Source of the DNA: a virus
DNA: 64,000 bases
Virus record (IMG/VR): IMGVR_UViG_3300046003_007336
Span: 64,001 to 128,000 of that record
Reading direction: 5' to 3' (one strand)
The notes under the pieces are model-generated. The model was not told where the DNA came from. It saw nothing but the letters and a program-made list of their open reading frames with translations, and did no database searches. Each line of letters begins with the position of its first letter. Position 1 is the stretch's first letter. Positions 24,411 through 34,390 of this stretch are shown here, in pieces. The translations under genes were made by a program, and so were the position numbers.

Positions 24411-27151
24411 GCCATGATCTCGTGCTGGGTTTTCCATTCCCGAACCGCGTCTGCATCGCGGAGGCTCAGGTCGGGGTACTCGGGGTCTTCGCCGACCTCG
24501 GTGAGGATTCGCCAGGACCGAGCGCATTTCTTGCCCGGCGCCTTGGATACGCAGATGCCCAACCGGGCCCCGTTCGAGAGGTGGCCGACATAGGCGGATG
24601 GCGGAGGGGCTTCGGCCAGCACCACGACCTTGCTGACGCGGAACACGTCGGCGGCCTGCACGCCGTTGAAGAGCGCAGCAGTCGTGGGGTCCAGATAGAG
24701 GACCAACTCGGCCTCCAGGTTGGACTTGATCTCGTCGCGCTCATCTTCCAGCGCGGCGTGCGAGATCGTCAGGACTTCCTTGATGAAGCCCCAGCGAACG
24801 ATTTCTTCGGGATGGTCGCCCCACGCCTTCGGGTCATTCAGGAGATGGAGATCGACCGGATGCCCGACGCTGTTGATGGCCTCGTGCGTGGTGAACGGCA
24901 CGATGGGGGTCAGCCACGTCAGAAGATGACGGAAGACCTCGTTGAGGACGTAGCGGTAGCCACGACGACGAACCGCCTTGGGGGAATCGCAGTAGAGGCA
25001 GTCCTTGCGGATGTCGAAATAGAACGCCGAGAGTTCGACCGAGCAGAACTCGATCACGGTTCTGGCAACCTCCGAGAAGTTGTAGGTCCGATAGGCCTCG
25101 GTGACGTCGTGGTTGATCGCGTTGAGGCGGCCGAGAACGAATTTCTCCAGCGGCTCCAGTTCCATGAAGGTCGGAGCTTCATCGTCCGTGTAGCCTTCGA
25201 GGGCGCCGATCAGATACCGCAGGGTGTTGCGGAGCTTCCGATAGGTCTCCTCGGTGGACTTGAAGATCGTCTTGCTGGCCTTGACGTCTTGGGTGAAGTC
25301 ACAGGTAGCGGCCCACAGGCGCAGAACGTCGGTGCCGTGCTCGTTGACGACATCACTGGGCGGGATGACGTTGCCTTCGGACTTCGCCATCTTGCGTCCA
25401 TTGGCGTCGAGGATGAAGCCATGGGTCAAGAACGCCGTGGAGGGGAGGTCTGGGCCCGTGTCAGTCATCGCCGCCACCAGCAGACTGGTCTGGAACCAGC
25501 CCCGGTGTTGATCACTGCCTTCGAGGACGAGATCAGCGGCGCGGTCGAGGATGCGGTGCGTGCAACCGCTGTCGAACCAGACGTCGAGGACGTCCATGAC
25601 CTTCTCGTATTCATTCGGGTCGAGATCAGTGCCGGTGAAGAACGTCTCGCTGGATTCCGACCACCATGCGTCACCGCCTCCAGCGAGGAAGGCCTGATAG
25701 GTGTTGTCGAGCACGGTCGGGTGCAGGCAGGGCAGGCCGGTTGCCGTGTGGACGAACAGCCCCATGGGGGTGCCCCAGACACGCTGGCGACTGATCAGCC
25801 AGTCAGGCCGGGTGGTCAGCATGGATTGCAGACGGGTGCGCCCGGCTTCCGGGTAGAAGGCCACGTCCTTGAGACTGTCGGCGACATCCTTCTTGGCCGC
25901 ATCCACGGCGATGAACCACTGGTCGGTCGCGCGTTCGATGACGAGCGCGCCGGAACGCCACGAGTGATTGAAGGGCCAGGGCTGAACGAGCTTGTCATTC
26001 AGGCATCCGGCCTCGCCGAGTTTCTCGATGATGGCGTCATTGGCCGGGCCGAAGTTCTTGCCGCGCGTGACCGCCAGTCCGCCAAAGACCGGCACCTCGT
26101 CGTAGTAGACGCCCTTGTCGTTGATGGTCTCGGGCAGTTCGGTGAGACCGTTCGCCTGACAGACCTTGTAGTCGTCCCCGCCATGGCCGGGCGCAAGGTG
26201 GACGAAGCCGGTGCCGACTTCGTTCTTCACGTAGGCGGCGTTGAACAGCGGAACGTCGAAGTCATAACCGTGGCCACGCAGCGGGTGCGCGCAGACGAGT
26301 TCGCTCGGGTCCACAGACCTGATCTTGCGGAAGCGGTCCTGCCGCGACCACTCGTTGTCGGCCATGATGACTTTCTGCCCGACCCAGTTGCGGTCAGTGT
26401 AGAGCCCGTACTGGAATTGGGAGTTGAACGCGATGGCGCGGTTGCCCGGAAGGCTCCACGGCGTCGTGGTCCAGATCAGAACCTGGGCGCCGACGAGATC
26501 GGTCTCGCCGCTGATAACCGGGAAGCCCACCCAGATAGTCGGGCACTGGACATCGACGGAGACGACCTCGGCCTCGGCGAGCGCGGTGTGTTCGACCGGC
26601 GACCACATGACGGGCTTCTTGCCCCGATAGACGAACCCATCTTCGGCGAGTTCGGAGAAGGCCTTGAAGATGTTGGCCTCCATCTCGTGACTCATCGTCA
26701 CGTAGGGGTTCGACCAATCGGCCAGGACGCCGAGCTTCTCGAACTGCTCGGCCTGTTCCTCAACCCAATGCTGGGCGAATGCGCGGCAGCGGGCGCGGAA
26801 CTCGACGACCGGGATGTCATCCTTGCTCAGCTTTTCTTTCTCACGCATCTCGCGCTCGACCGCCCATTCGATGGGGAGGCCGTGGCAATCCCAGCCGGGT
26901 CGGAACTGAACCGTCTTGCCCAACGCGGTTTGCGAGCGGCAAACGACGTCCTTGAGGATTTTGTTCAGGGCGTGCCCGAGGTGGAGATCGCCGTTCGCAT
27001 ACGGGGGGCCATCGTGGAGGATGAAATCCGCGTCGCGGTCGTCGCGGCGTTCGTCGTCAATCACCGCTAGGAGATCAGACTCGTTGGGACGGCCCCGCAT
27101 CTGGAACGCAGCTTTGGGGAGGAAAACGGTTTGGCGATAATCTGTCGTCAT
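24407..27151 (-). CDS. ileS: isoleucyl-tRNA synthetase (type 1)
   Basis: HDGPPYANGDLHLGH, GWDCHGLP, WTTTPW editing motif, EGSDQHRGWF, KMAKS, CARSW C-terminus; 914 aa. Confidence 0.95.
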   Translation of the reverse strand: MTTDYRQTVFLPKAAFQMRGRPNESDLLAVIDDERRDDRDADFILHDGPPYANGDLHLGHALNKILKDVVCRSQTALGKTVQFRPGWDCHGLPIEWAVEREMREKEKLSKDDIPVVEFRARCRAFAQHWVEEQAEQFEKLGVLADWSNPYVTMSHEMEANIFKAFSELAEDGFVYRGKKPVMWSPVEHTALAEAEVVSVDVQCPTIWVGFPVISGETDLVGAQVLIWTTTPWSLPGNRAIAFNSQFQYGLYTDRNWVGQKVIMADNEWSRQDRFRKIRSVDPSELVCAHPLRGHGYDFDVPLFNAAYVKNEVGTGFVHLAPGHGGDDYKVCQANGLTELPETINDKGVYYDEVPVFGGLAVTRGKNFGPANDAIIEKLGEAGCLNDKLVQPWPFNHSWRSGALVIERATDQWFIAVDAAKKDVADSLKDVAFYPEAGRTRLQSMLTTRPDWLISRQRVWGTPMGLFVHTATGLPCLHPTVLDNTYQAFLAGGGDAWWSESSETFFTGTDLDPNEYEKVMDVLDVWFDSGCTHRILDRAADLVLEGSDQHRGWFQTSLLVAAMTDTGPDLPSTAFLTHGFILDANGRKMAKSEGNVIPPSDVVNEHGTDVLRLWAATCDFTQDVKASKTIFKSTEETYRKLRNTLRYLIGALEGYTDDEAPTFMELEPLEKFVLGRLNAINHDVTEAYRTYNFSEVARTVIEFCSVELSAFYFDIRKDCLYCDSPKAVRRRGYRYVLNEVFRHLLTWLTPIVPFTTHEAINSVGHPVDLHLLNDPKAWGDHPEEIVRWGFIKEVLTISHAALEDERDEIKSNLEAELVLYLDPTTAALFNGVQAADVFRVSKVVVLAEAPPPSAYVGHLSNGARLGICVSKAPGKKCARSWRILTEVGEDPEYPDLSLRDADAVREWKTQHEIMA

Positions 27152-27391
27152 GGTCCCGAATTATCGCCAAACGAGTTTTCTCGCAAGCGAAATATTTTGA
27201 CCCCCACCTACGTAAAGCCGTATTCTGTTTAAGTATTCAGCAACTCGGATTGGCCGAACCGCTCTATACGGCATGACCCTGCCGGACATCGCGAATCAGG
27301 AGGTGAGTTTCATTGCCACGGTAGTGGCTGCGGGTCAAGCATCGGGGCGGGGGCAATCAGGTCTCCGCCCCTCCCATATTTGGAGAATACT

Positions 27392-27556
27392 ATGAAGCTA
27401 GTCCTGGATGCCGAAGAAGTTTCGGCCATCGTCGTTGCCGCCCTCGCCGAAAAGCTTGGCGTCAAACCCACTGAAGTCAAAATCGTCCCCATGGGTGACG
27501 ATGATGCCTTCGCCCTGCGAGACATCGCCAAGCACTTCGTCGTCGAACTCGGCTAA
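27392..27556 (+). CDS. 54-aa hypothetical protein (MKLVLDAEEVSAIVVAALAEKLG...), absent from ORF track
   Basis: GGAG SD, hand translation. Confidence 0.7.
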   Translation: MKLVLDAEEVSAIVVAALAEKLGVKPTEVKIVPMGDDDAFALRDIAKHFVVELG

Positions 27557-27584
27557 ATAACCACACACTTAAGTAAGGCGACAC

Positions 27585-28283
27585 ATGAATAATCCCGATT
27601 TCCCCCGGAAGAGCCGCGCGATTCCTTTTGACATCCAGCCAGGAAGCTGGGGACTCAAAGGCAAGAGCCGGGCAAAAGCCGAAGCCGAATATTACTATGA
27701 GGGTGAAGCTCTTGAACTCCGCATGGCGGATATCGATTATCCCGACGAGACTGATCGCAAGATCGCCAAGTTGGAAGTCGCAAAGAAATACGAGCGTATC
27801 TCCGACGAGAACTATGATCGTCAGATGGCCGAACTCACCCTCACGGGTGACGACCTCAAGCTTGCCCTGATCGACGTTGATGTTCGTTACGGCCGCCTGA
27901 CGGAATACGAGGCTTCGAAGATGGCCATCGTGATCGACAACCCCGAGGATACCCCGGAACGTCAGATCAAGCTGCTCACACTCGACCTGGAGCACAAACG
28001 CATCAGTGAGCATTCGTATGGCAAGACCGTGGCGAACATCAAGGAAGAACCCTGGATTGGCATCGTCGATCAAGGGCTTGATCTCGATCAGGGCATCAAC
28101 GGCGTCTATTTCGAGTTCGATTGGAACGAGCACTGGATTACGTTCCTGCACCTGAACGGCTACACGGGCGAAGATGACGCCGAGATGGTAGATCGGTGGT
28201 TCGCCGACGTCTGCCGCGCGCAGGGTATGGCCGCCCAGATCGACACCGGCCCGGTGCCTTTCGGAGCAGGCTTGAAAAGCTAG
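27585..28283 (+). CDS. hypothetical acidic late protein
   Basis: TAAATA at 27554; 232 aa. Confidence 0.8.
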   Translation: MNNPDFPRKSRAIPFDIQPGSWGLKGKSRAKAEAEYYYEGEALELRMADIDYPDETDRKIAKLEVAKKYERISDENYDRQMAELTLTGDDLKLALIDVDVRYGRLTEYEASKMAIVIDNPEDTPERQIKLLTLDLEHKRISEHSYGKTVANIKEEPWIGIVDQGLDLDQGINGVYFEFDWNEHWITFLHLNGYTGEDDAEMVDRWFADVCRAQGMAAQIDTGPVPFGAGLKS

Positions 28284-28309
28284 TCGGGGCAATATACTGG
28301 GGTGACCAA

Positions 28310-29068
28310 ATGAGACACCTTTCGGCATTCGCCAGCCCAGCGCAGGAACCCTCTCGGCTCGAAGTCTGGGCGAAGCGTCACGGTATCCGTGCACAGCACC
28401 GCACGCTGGCCTTCGGGAGGTGGATGTCGGTGACGAATGATTTCGGCTTCTCTCTGCGGACGAACGCCTACGAGGAATACGTCAGCGTGACCGTCGCGCT
28501 GGGCTGGCCTCGAATCAATTTCTCCGTCAATCCCCGATGGTTCCCCAAGTCGTTTTTGGTTAAACGCCACCGGGGCATCTCGATCAATGTCATGAGGGAT
28601 GGGTTCTCGATTGAGGTTGGCGACGAATATTACGGACGTCGGTATTTCTGGTCACGCTTCTATGATCAGGGCAGCTATCTCGCGCTCGACGAGACCTGGA
28701 AACCCAACCCGAGAATTTACGACAAATCCGATCATGCGTGGTTCGAGCACCCTTACGTCTATGTCCTCCCCGGTGGCGACATCCAACAGGTGACGGCGAC
28801 CGTGCGGCGGTCGTCCTGTCGTTCTCGTTGGCATTGGTTCGGAGGGGCACCGGGCTCCAAGAAGGAAAAGCTCTCCGAATGGTTTCGGAACCGCATGCCG
28901 TTCGGAACCAAAGAGGTCCACTACATCGAAGTCACCTTCAGCGACGAGATCGGCCCCCAAGCGGGCTCCTACAAGGGCGGCGTCATCCAGACCACGTTCC
29001 TGATGAAGGACGACGAATACGCCGAGAAGGCCCTCTATCGGATGATGCGCGAGAAAGTTTTCAGATAA
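28310..29068 (+). CDS. hypothetical protein
   Basis: Start taken at MRHLSAF. Confidence 0.7.
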   Translation: MRHLSAFASPAQEPSRLEVWAKRHGIRAQHRTLAFGRWMSVTNDFGFSLRTNAYEEYVSVTVALGWPRINFSVNPRWFPKSFLVKRHRGISINVMRDGFSIEVGDEYYGRRYFWSRFYDQGSYLALDETWKPNPRIYDKSDHAWFEHPYVYVLPGGDIQQVTATVRRSSCRSRWHWFGGAPGSKKEKLSEWFRNRMPFGTKEVHYIEVTFSDEIGPQAGSYKGGVIQTTFLMKDDEYAEKALYRMMREKVFR

Positions 29069-29126
29069 GAAATTCGCGTTCGGGATACGAAAAAATGTAG
29101 GATGACTCCATATTGGAGTTCTACAT

Positions 29127-30257
29127 TTGACCAAATACGCAATCGTCGATAGCGCGAACCTCTTCTACCGCGCCCGCCACGTCGTTCAAGGCGACGCCTA
29201 CACCAAAGGGGGCATGGCCCTCCACATCGTGTTCCGTTCGCTGCGGAAGATGATGCGCGATCACAACTGCGATCATGTTGTCCTCTGTCTTGAGGGCAAG
29301 TCCTGGCGGTTCGACGTCTACCCTGACTACAAGGGAAAGCGGAGAGCGGAGCGGGCAGTAGCGGCCCTGAATCCGTCCGAGCGCGAAGAAGAAGAAGTCT
29401 TCCTCCACATCATGGACGAGTTCGCTGCGTTCATGTCTGAGAAGACCCGCGTCACTGTCCTGCAATCTCCGGGCGTCGAGGGCGACGACTTCGTTGCCCG
29501 GTGGGTTCAGCTTCACCCCAACGACGAGCACGTCATTCTGTCCGGCGACAGCGACTTCGTCCAACTCCTGGCCCCCAACGTCTCTATCTACAACGGCGTC
29601 GATGAAGTCCTTCTGACCTCCAAAGGTCTCTTCAACTCTTTCGGTGACCCGCTGGTCTTCAATGTCGATGTCGGCAAAGGCAAGATCAAGGTGCTGGGCA
29701 CTCCGGCCGAGGCCAAGAAGAAACACGACGAGGCCGAGAAGAAGAAAGCCAAGCTGAAGCCCAGCTATGAGATTCAGCCGTGGTCGTGGACCATGGAAGA
29801 GGAATGGTGGCGCAAGGCCCTGTTCATCAAGATCATCCGGGGCGACACCTCCGACACCATCCCGTCCGCGTTCCCCGGCGTCCGCTACGAGGGCAGCGCA
29901 AAGAAGGGCGGCATCCGCGAGGCGTGGGAGAACCGCAACACCCAGGATTATCACTGGAACAACTTCATGCTCCAGAAATGGGACCGCACAATCTCGATTG
30001 ACGAGGATGGGAACAAGAAAATCGAACAGGTCCGCGTTCTCGACGCGTTCAACTTCAACGAAATGCTGATCGATCTCACGCAGCAACCCCAGAACGTCAA
30101 AGACCTCATGGACTCCGTGATCGTTCAGGCCGTGCAGAAAGAGCCTGTCGGCAACGTCGGCATCGCGTTCATGAAGTTCTGCGGCGCCAACGGTCTTCCC
30201 AACCTCGCCAAAGAGGCCAGCGACCACGCGCAGTATCTGAACAAGGGTTATGCGTGA
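29127..30257 (+). CDS. T4 RNase H-like 5'-3' exonuclease / flap nuclease
   Basis: IVDSANL..R, EGDD, ILSGDSDFVQL, IIRGD.SD motifs. Confidence 0.88.
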   Translation: MTKYAIVDSANLFYRARHVVQGDAYTKGGMALHIVFRSLRKMMRDHNCDHVVLCLEGKSWRFDVYPDYKGKRRAERAVAALNPSEREEEEVFLHIMDEFAAFMSEKTRVTVLQSPGVEGDDFVARWVQLHPNDEHVILSGDSDFVQLLAPNVSIYNGVDEVLLTSKGLFNSFGDPLVFNVDVGKGKIKVLGTPAEAKKKHDEAEKKKAKLKPSYEIQPWSWTMEEEWWRKALFIKIIRGDTSDTIPSAFPGVRYEGSAKKGGIREAWENRNTQDYHWNNFMLQKWDRTISIDEDGNKKIEQVRVLDAFNFNEMLIDLTQQPQNVKDLMDSVIVQAVQKEPVGNVGIAFMKFCGANGLPNLAKEASDHAQYLNKGYA

Positions 30258-30586
30258 TGGCGAAAGAACGTCCACGTCAGATCATTCGAGAACACGTCGC
30301 GTATCTTTGCATGCCGGACAATACGCTTGACGGATACATCGCAGAACTGGTTGCTCTCAAAGATAAGTATCCAGATTACCTAAATATGCTTGTAGTCACC
30401 GAAAGAGATTACTCAGATACTGAGGTCATCTTGTATGGGGAACGCGAAGAAAACGATCACGAGTATGATCGTCGCATCTCTATCGAAGATCGAGTCAAGG
30501 CTGATGCCCGCAAAGCCAAGAAAGACAGAGACGAGAGAGAACGAAAAGAGTTCGAAAGACTGAAAAAGAAGTTCGAGGGAAAATGA
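30254..30586 (+). CDS. hypothetical protein with charged coiled C-terminus
   Basis: Coupled in operon. Confidence 0.7.
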   Translation: MMAKERPRQIIREHVAYLCMPDNTLDGYIAELVALKDKYPDYLNMLVVTERDYSDTEVILYGEREENDHEYDRRISIEDRVKADARKAKKDRDERERKEFERLKKKFEGK

Positions 30587-30783
30587 AAACTGAAACCATC
30601 ACCAAACTGCTCACCCGAGTTCACTCCGCCACCATCGGTAGGTCCAAAGACGTTCGCCTCTCCATCGAAGAGGCCAACGCCCTCGTGGCCGAGATCGCCG
30701 TCTTGCTGGCCGAGCGCGAAGCTGTTCGCGAACTCCCCAAAGCCGCACCCGCCCCTACGGTCATGGACGGTGGAACGCTGTGA
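30583..30783 (+). CDS. hypothetical protein (66 aa)
   Basis: Coupled on both sides. Confidence 0.7.
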   Translation: MKTETITKLLTRVHSATIGRSKDVRLSIEEANALVAEIAVLLAEREAVRELPKAAPAPTVMDGGTL

Positions 30784-31355
30784 AGGTCTGGTTCATACAC
30801 GGGGCCCAGTGCTCGTCACGCTCGTTCGTGTGGCTCAAAGAGCAGCTTCCTCAGTATGAAGCCGTCGATATCGACTACTCTACTGAAGTATCGGTATCGA
30901 CGACAGTTCGAGAACTTGTCGAGCAGGCCAATGCGGAGACCGAACCTTTCGACATCATTGGTCACAGCCTCGGCGGATTGATCGCGGTCGCCATCGCTCA
31001 GAAGTCCCCCATGGTCCGACGCGTCGTCACCATGGGGTCTCCCTTCGGTGGTTCCCAGGTTGCGGTCTTCCTGCGGTTCTTCAAGCCCAACAGCCTGATG
31101 GATGACATCCAGCCTTTCAGCCCGTTCCTCCTCCGTCTCCGCAACAGGGCCATCAAGGTGCCGGTCCTGAGTCTGGTCACCACTGGTGGTCAATCTTCCC
31201 TGATCGGTGGACGCAATGACGGCATCGTCAGCGTCGCATCCCAGACGGCTATCTCTGGTCCCGAGTTTATAGAAACATCGGCAAATCATTCTGAAGTATT
31301 GTTGTCTTATGAGACAGTTGATGCTATAACGGAGTTCTTCTCTCGTCCCGAATAG
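30780..31355 (+). CDS. alpha/beta hydrolase (lipase/esterase-like)
   Basis: FIHG, GHSLGG nucleophile elbow, GSPFGG, NDGIV, NHSEV. Confidence 0.85.
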   Translation: MKVWFIHGAQCSSRSFVWLKEQLPQYEAVDIDYSTEVSVSTTVRELVEQANAETEPFDIIGHSLGGLIAVAIAQKSPMVRRVVTMGSPFGGSQVAVFLRFFKPNSLMDDIQPFSPFLLRLRNRAIKVPVLSLVTTGGQSSLIGGRNDGIVSVASQTAISGPEFIETSANHSEVLLSYETVDAITEFFSRPE

Positions 31356-31359
31356 GCCA

Positions 31360-31863
31360 ATGGCTTACCACCAGCCCGTCTGCTATGTTTTGATCGGCCC
31401 TCCGGGCAGCGGAAAGTCCACGTGGCTTGCCGCGCATCTCGCTGCCGCGACGGTGCCGACCGAGATCATCGGGACTGACTACATCATCGACACCATCGCG
31501 AAGAAGCTCAAGGCCACCTACACGGACGTATTCCGGGCCTGGGACGGCCCCGCGATCAAGCTCGAAATGCAGAACCGTTTCGAAGCCGCAGTGAAGAACA
31601 AGCACGACATCGTCATCGACCGCACCAACACGACCGCCAAGGTGCGCCGGGGTTTCTTGAGCCGCCTGCCCAAGAAGTCCCACTACCGGAAAGTCGCCGT
31701 CGTGTTCGACACGCCGGTTGACGTCTTGTATGCTCGACTGGAAGCTCGTGAGATCGAGACCGGCAAACATATTCCGCGCAGTGTGGTAGACCAGTTTATT
31801 GCTGGACTCGAACTCCCGCAGCCGCAGGAGTTCGACCAAGTCATCACCGTGACGGCTCGCTAA
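31360..31863 (+). CDS. AAA_33/PNK-like P-loop kinase
   Basis: GPPGSGKST, VIDRTN, R..R......IP lid. Confidence 0.8.
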   Translation: MAYHQPVCYVLIGPPGSGKSTWLAAHLAAATVPTEIIGTDYIIDTIAKKLKATYTDVFRAWDGPAIKLEMQNRFEAAVKNKHDIVIDRTNTTAKVRRGFLSRLPKKSHYRKVAVVFDTPVDVLYARLEAREIETGKHIPRSVVDQFIAGLELPQPQEFDQVITVTAR

Positions 31864-31871
31864 ATATCTCC

Positions 31872-32252
31872 ATGTATCCGATCACCATCATGGAACCGCC
31901 CGAGGATGACACAATGGTCAACTCCGGCAGTCTAGTCGCTATCCCTTTCTCGGTAGAAGAGGGAACGCAACTCCGCTGTATTATCGTCCACACCGCACCC
32001 ACACAGGACCACAGTCTTCGTTGCTGGATTAGCAAGGTGGCCGGAGATGCTCAGGTCAACTCGCAATCCCATCGATCTTACTGGCATCCGAACCGGACCA
32101 ACACTGAGTTCGTTGTCATCCACGACGAAGAGACTATCCCGGACCCGGTGCCCGATATGCCCCGTCCGTTGCCGCAGGGGGATTATTTCGTAAACATTCT
32201 CAACCTCGGAAATACGCCAAACCGGTTCTCCTTTTTGTTGACGGAAAACTGA
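31872..32252 (+). CDS. hypothetical late protein
   Basis: TAAATA at 31861. Confidence 0.7.
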   Translation: MYPITIMEPPEDDTMVNSGSLVAIPFSVEEGTQLRCIIVHTAPTQDHSLRCWISKVAGDAQVNSQSHRSYWHPNRTNTEFVVIHDEETIPDPVPDMPRPLPQGDYFVNILNLGNTPNRFSFLLTEN

Positions 32253-32292
32253 TTCCGATTTAGGATGCTGGCAACTTTGAGGAGATGCCTTC

Positions 32293-34389
32293 ATGCTTTA
32301 TGGGTTCCAGGACGGCAACGACGTGTTCGTCGTAGCGGCAGCCGAGTCGGTCCAGTTCGAGGTCTTCAAGACCGGCGTGGCCGAAGACCTGGGCGCCACG
32401 CTCGTGTCTGGCTTCGACATCATGATGAACCCCGACCGCTACAAGGGCTTCTCGTCGGCCCTCGTTTTCGAGTTCTCCAGCCCTGAAGCCGCGCAGGCCT
32501 TGATCGACAAGATCGGCCTCAATGTGGTCTCGCGACCGCAGGCCGTCGATTTTCAGGCCAAGATGATCGCGCAGGAAGCGGTGGACCCGTTCGACCCGTC
32601 GAACAAGCGCACCATCGAAGAAATCTACAACATCGAAGGCGAAGACGACACCTGGGATACCCGCACCGAGGACGAGAAAGCGCGCGCCGCGCTGCTGATC
32701 AATCTCGACGCCATCCGGGCCAAACAGGACGCCGGGGAACTCACCACTGAATCCTTCGCCATGCGCGAGGGCAAGAACGGTCTGGCCAACGTCACCGCCA
32801 TCGACGCCCACTTCGACGACGACGGCAATCTCGTCATCGACGGCGTCACGGCCGAGAAGGGTCTCATCCAGCACGCCGAAGACGAGTTCAGCCTCGACGG
32901 CGCCGAGGGTGCCGACACCGCGAACGCGCCGCGTCCGTGGCTGCCCGACTATGACGCCTCGCGGTTCATCAATGACGTCTCGAACCCCGACGCCTTCAAG
33001 GGCATCGAAGCCACCGAAATGGTGTTCGCGGTTTCGGGCGGCGACCCCTACGGGACGGGCGTGCAGACCGCCTACGTGCGAATGGCGCCGAAGGCGTTCT
33101 TCGACGCCAACTCGACCCTCTACGAAAACTCCCTGTGGCCGATGGTCCGCCACCTGATCGCCCGCGATTCGGTCGAGCACGACGAGAACACGTTCGGTCA
33201 CCCCAACATGACCATCGAAGAGGCGCGCGCCATCTATACGGCGCGTGGCTTCGTCGAAGATCAGGCTTTCACCGATCACCTCAACGCGGAGATCGACAAG
33301 CGCGCCGAGAAGGCCAAGGGCAAGGGCAAGACGCCCAAGAACGAAGGCCGCTTCGCCGACGTCTCGACCCCGGCTGACGCGTCGCTGGCGCGTGACGTCA
33401 AGTTCGGCCAGGGCCCGGAGTTCACCGACGAGGCCGAAGCCGCAGCCGCCGCCTCGGCCGCCGAGGAAGAGGACGCCTACTCGGGCCCCGTCGAGTTCAC
33501 CCTCGAAGACGATGCCGACGTCACCTTCCTGTCCCGCTATCTCAAGGCCATCAACGAAGACTCCGACGCCATCATCGCCAAGCTGGCGGCCGGGAACGGC
33601 AAGGTGTTCGAGATCGACGACCACCGCGTGGCCGCCCTGCTGGCGATCTCGTTCCGTCGTCGCGGCATCGGCTTCAAGGCGCAGTGCGACGGCGAGGATT
33701 ACGAGGTCGATGATCATTCGACCCAGTATATCCAGAAGGGCCCCATCGCGATCTTCTACAAGGTCGAACTTCCGTGGGCCCGCCTCGACGAGGTCTACGA
33801 CGCCATCACGGCGGCTGGTCTGGAATACCAGAAGGTCGTCATGGCGTCCGGCGAGAGCATGGACGGCGCGTGGGTGGCCTGTCCGGTCCAACGCGTGGCC
33901 GAACGGGTCGAGGCCGCCATCGTGGCCGCGTGTCCGACGCAGGACACCGACATCTACACGATCAACCCGTCTGGCGAACGCCTCGTTCCCAAGGGCGCGA
34001 ACGCCGTCGTGACCACGGGTGCCAACGAGCGCGAGATCGGACCCCGTCCGTGGAACGCCGATGCTCACAAACTTCCCGGCCTGACCGAGGAGGAGATCGT
34101 CGAGAACGACCGGAACCTGAAGGGCGATGAGTTCCTCTTCACCGGGCACGACGAGACCCGTGGCTGCACCATCTATGTGACGCCCCGGACCTTCTTCGAC
34201 GACAACGGCGAAATGTGGGACGGCGAACTCCCGGACGCCGCCAAGCGTCACCTCCCCCGCGACTTCAAGGAGGTCGAGGGCCAGCCCGGCGCCTATACGT
34301 CCAGCATGCGCAAATATCAGCAAGTCGTCGCCGAACTGAGCAAGCGTGGCATGGTGGAATCGATGAAGCTGCGGATGCACCTCAACTAA
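32293..34389 (+). CDS. large acidic hypothetical protein (698 aa)
   Basis: GGAG SD, strongly biased codons, internal repeat (P..FFD). Confidence 0.85.
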   Translation: MLYGFQDGNDVFVVAAAESVQFEVFKTGVAEDLGATLVSGFDIMMNPDRYKGFSSALVFEFSSPEAAQALIDKIGLNVVSRPQAVDFQAKMIAQEAVDPFDPSNKRTIEEIYNIEGEDDTWDTRTEDEKARAALLINLDAIRAKQDAGELTTESFAMREGKNGLANVTAIDAHFDDDGNLVIDGVTAEKGLIQHAEDEFSLDGAEGADTANAPRPWLPDYDASRFINDVSNPDAFKGIEATEMVFAVSGGDPYGTGVQTAYVRMAPKAFFDANSTLYENSLWPMVRHLIARDSVEHDENTFGHPNMTIEEARAIYTARGFVEDQAFTDHLNAEIDKRAEKAKGKGKTPKNEGRFADVSTPADASLARDVKFGQGPEFTDEAEAAAAASAAEEEDAYSGPVEFTLEDDADVTFLSRYLKAINEDSDAIIAKLAAGNGKVFEIDDHRVAALLAISFRRRGIGFKAQCDGEDYEVDDHSTQYIQKGPIAIFYKVELPWARLDEVYDAITAAGLEYQKVVMASGESMDGAWVACPVQRVAERVEAAIVAACPTQDTDIYTINPSGERLVPKGANAVVTTGANEREIGPRPWNADAHKLPGLTEEEIVENDRNLKGDEFLFTGHDETRGCTIYVTPRTFFDDNGEMWDGELPDAAKRHLPRDFKEVEGQPGAYTSSMRKYQQVVAELSKRGMVESMKLRMHLN

Positions 34390-34390
34390 C

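Noticed and set aside
24422-27070. 882-aa plus-strand ORF, and similar long antisense ORFs (29121-30275, 32260-34503, 37017-38135, 54492-55937, 56379-57125, 58472-59326)
   Set aside because: Shadow frames of real genes caused by GC-rich codon bias; no SD, promoter or motifs
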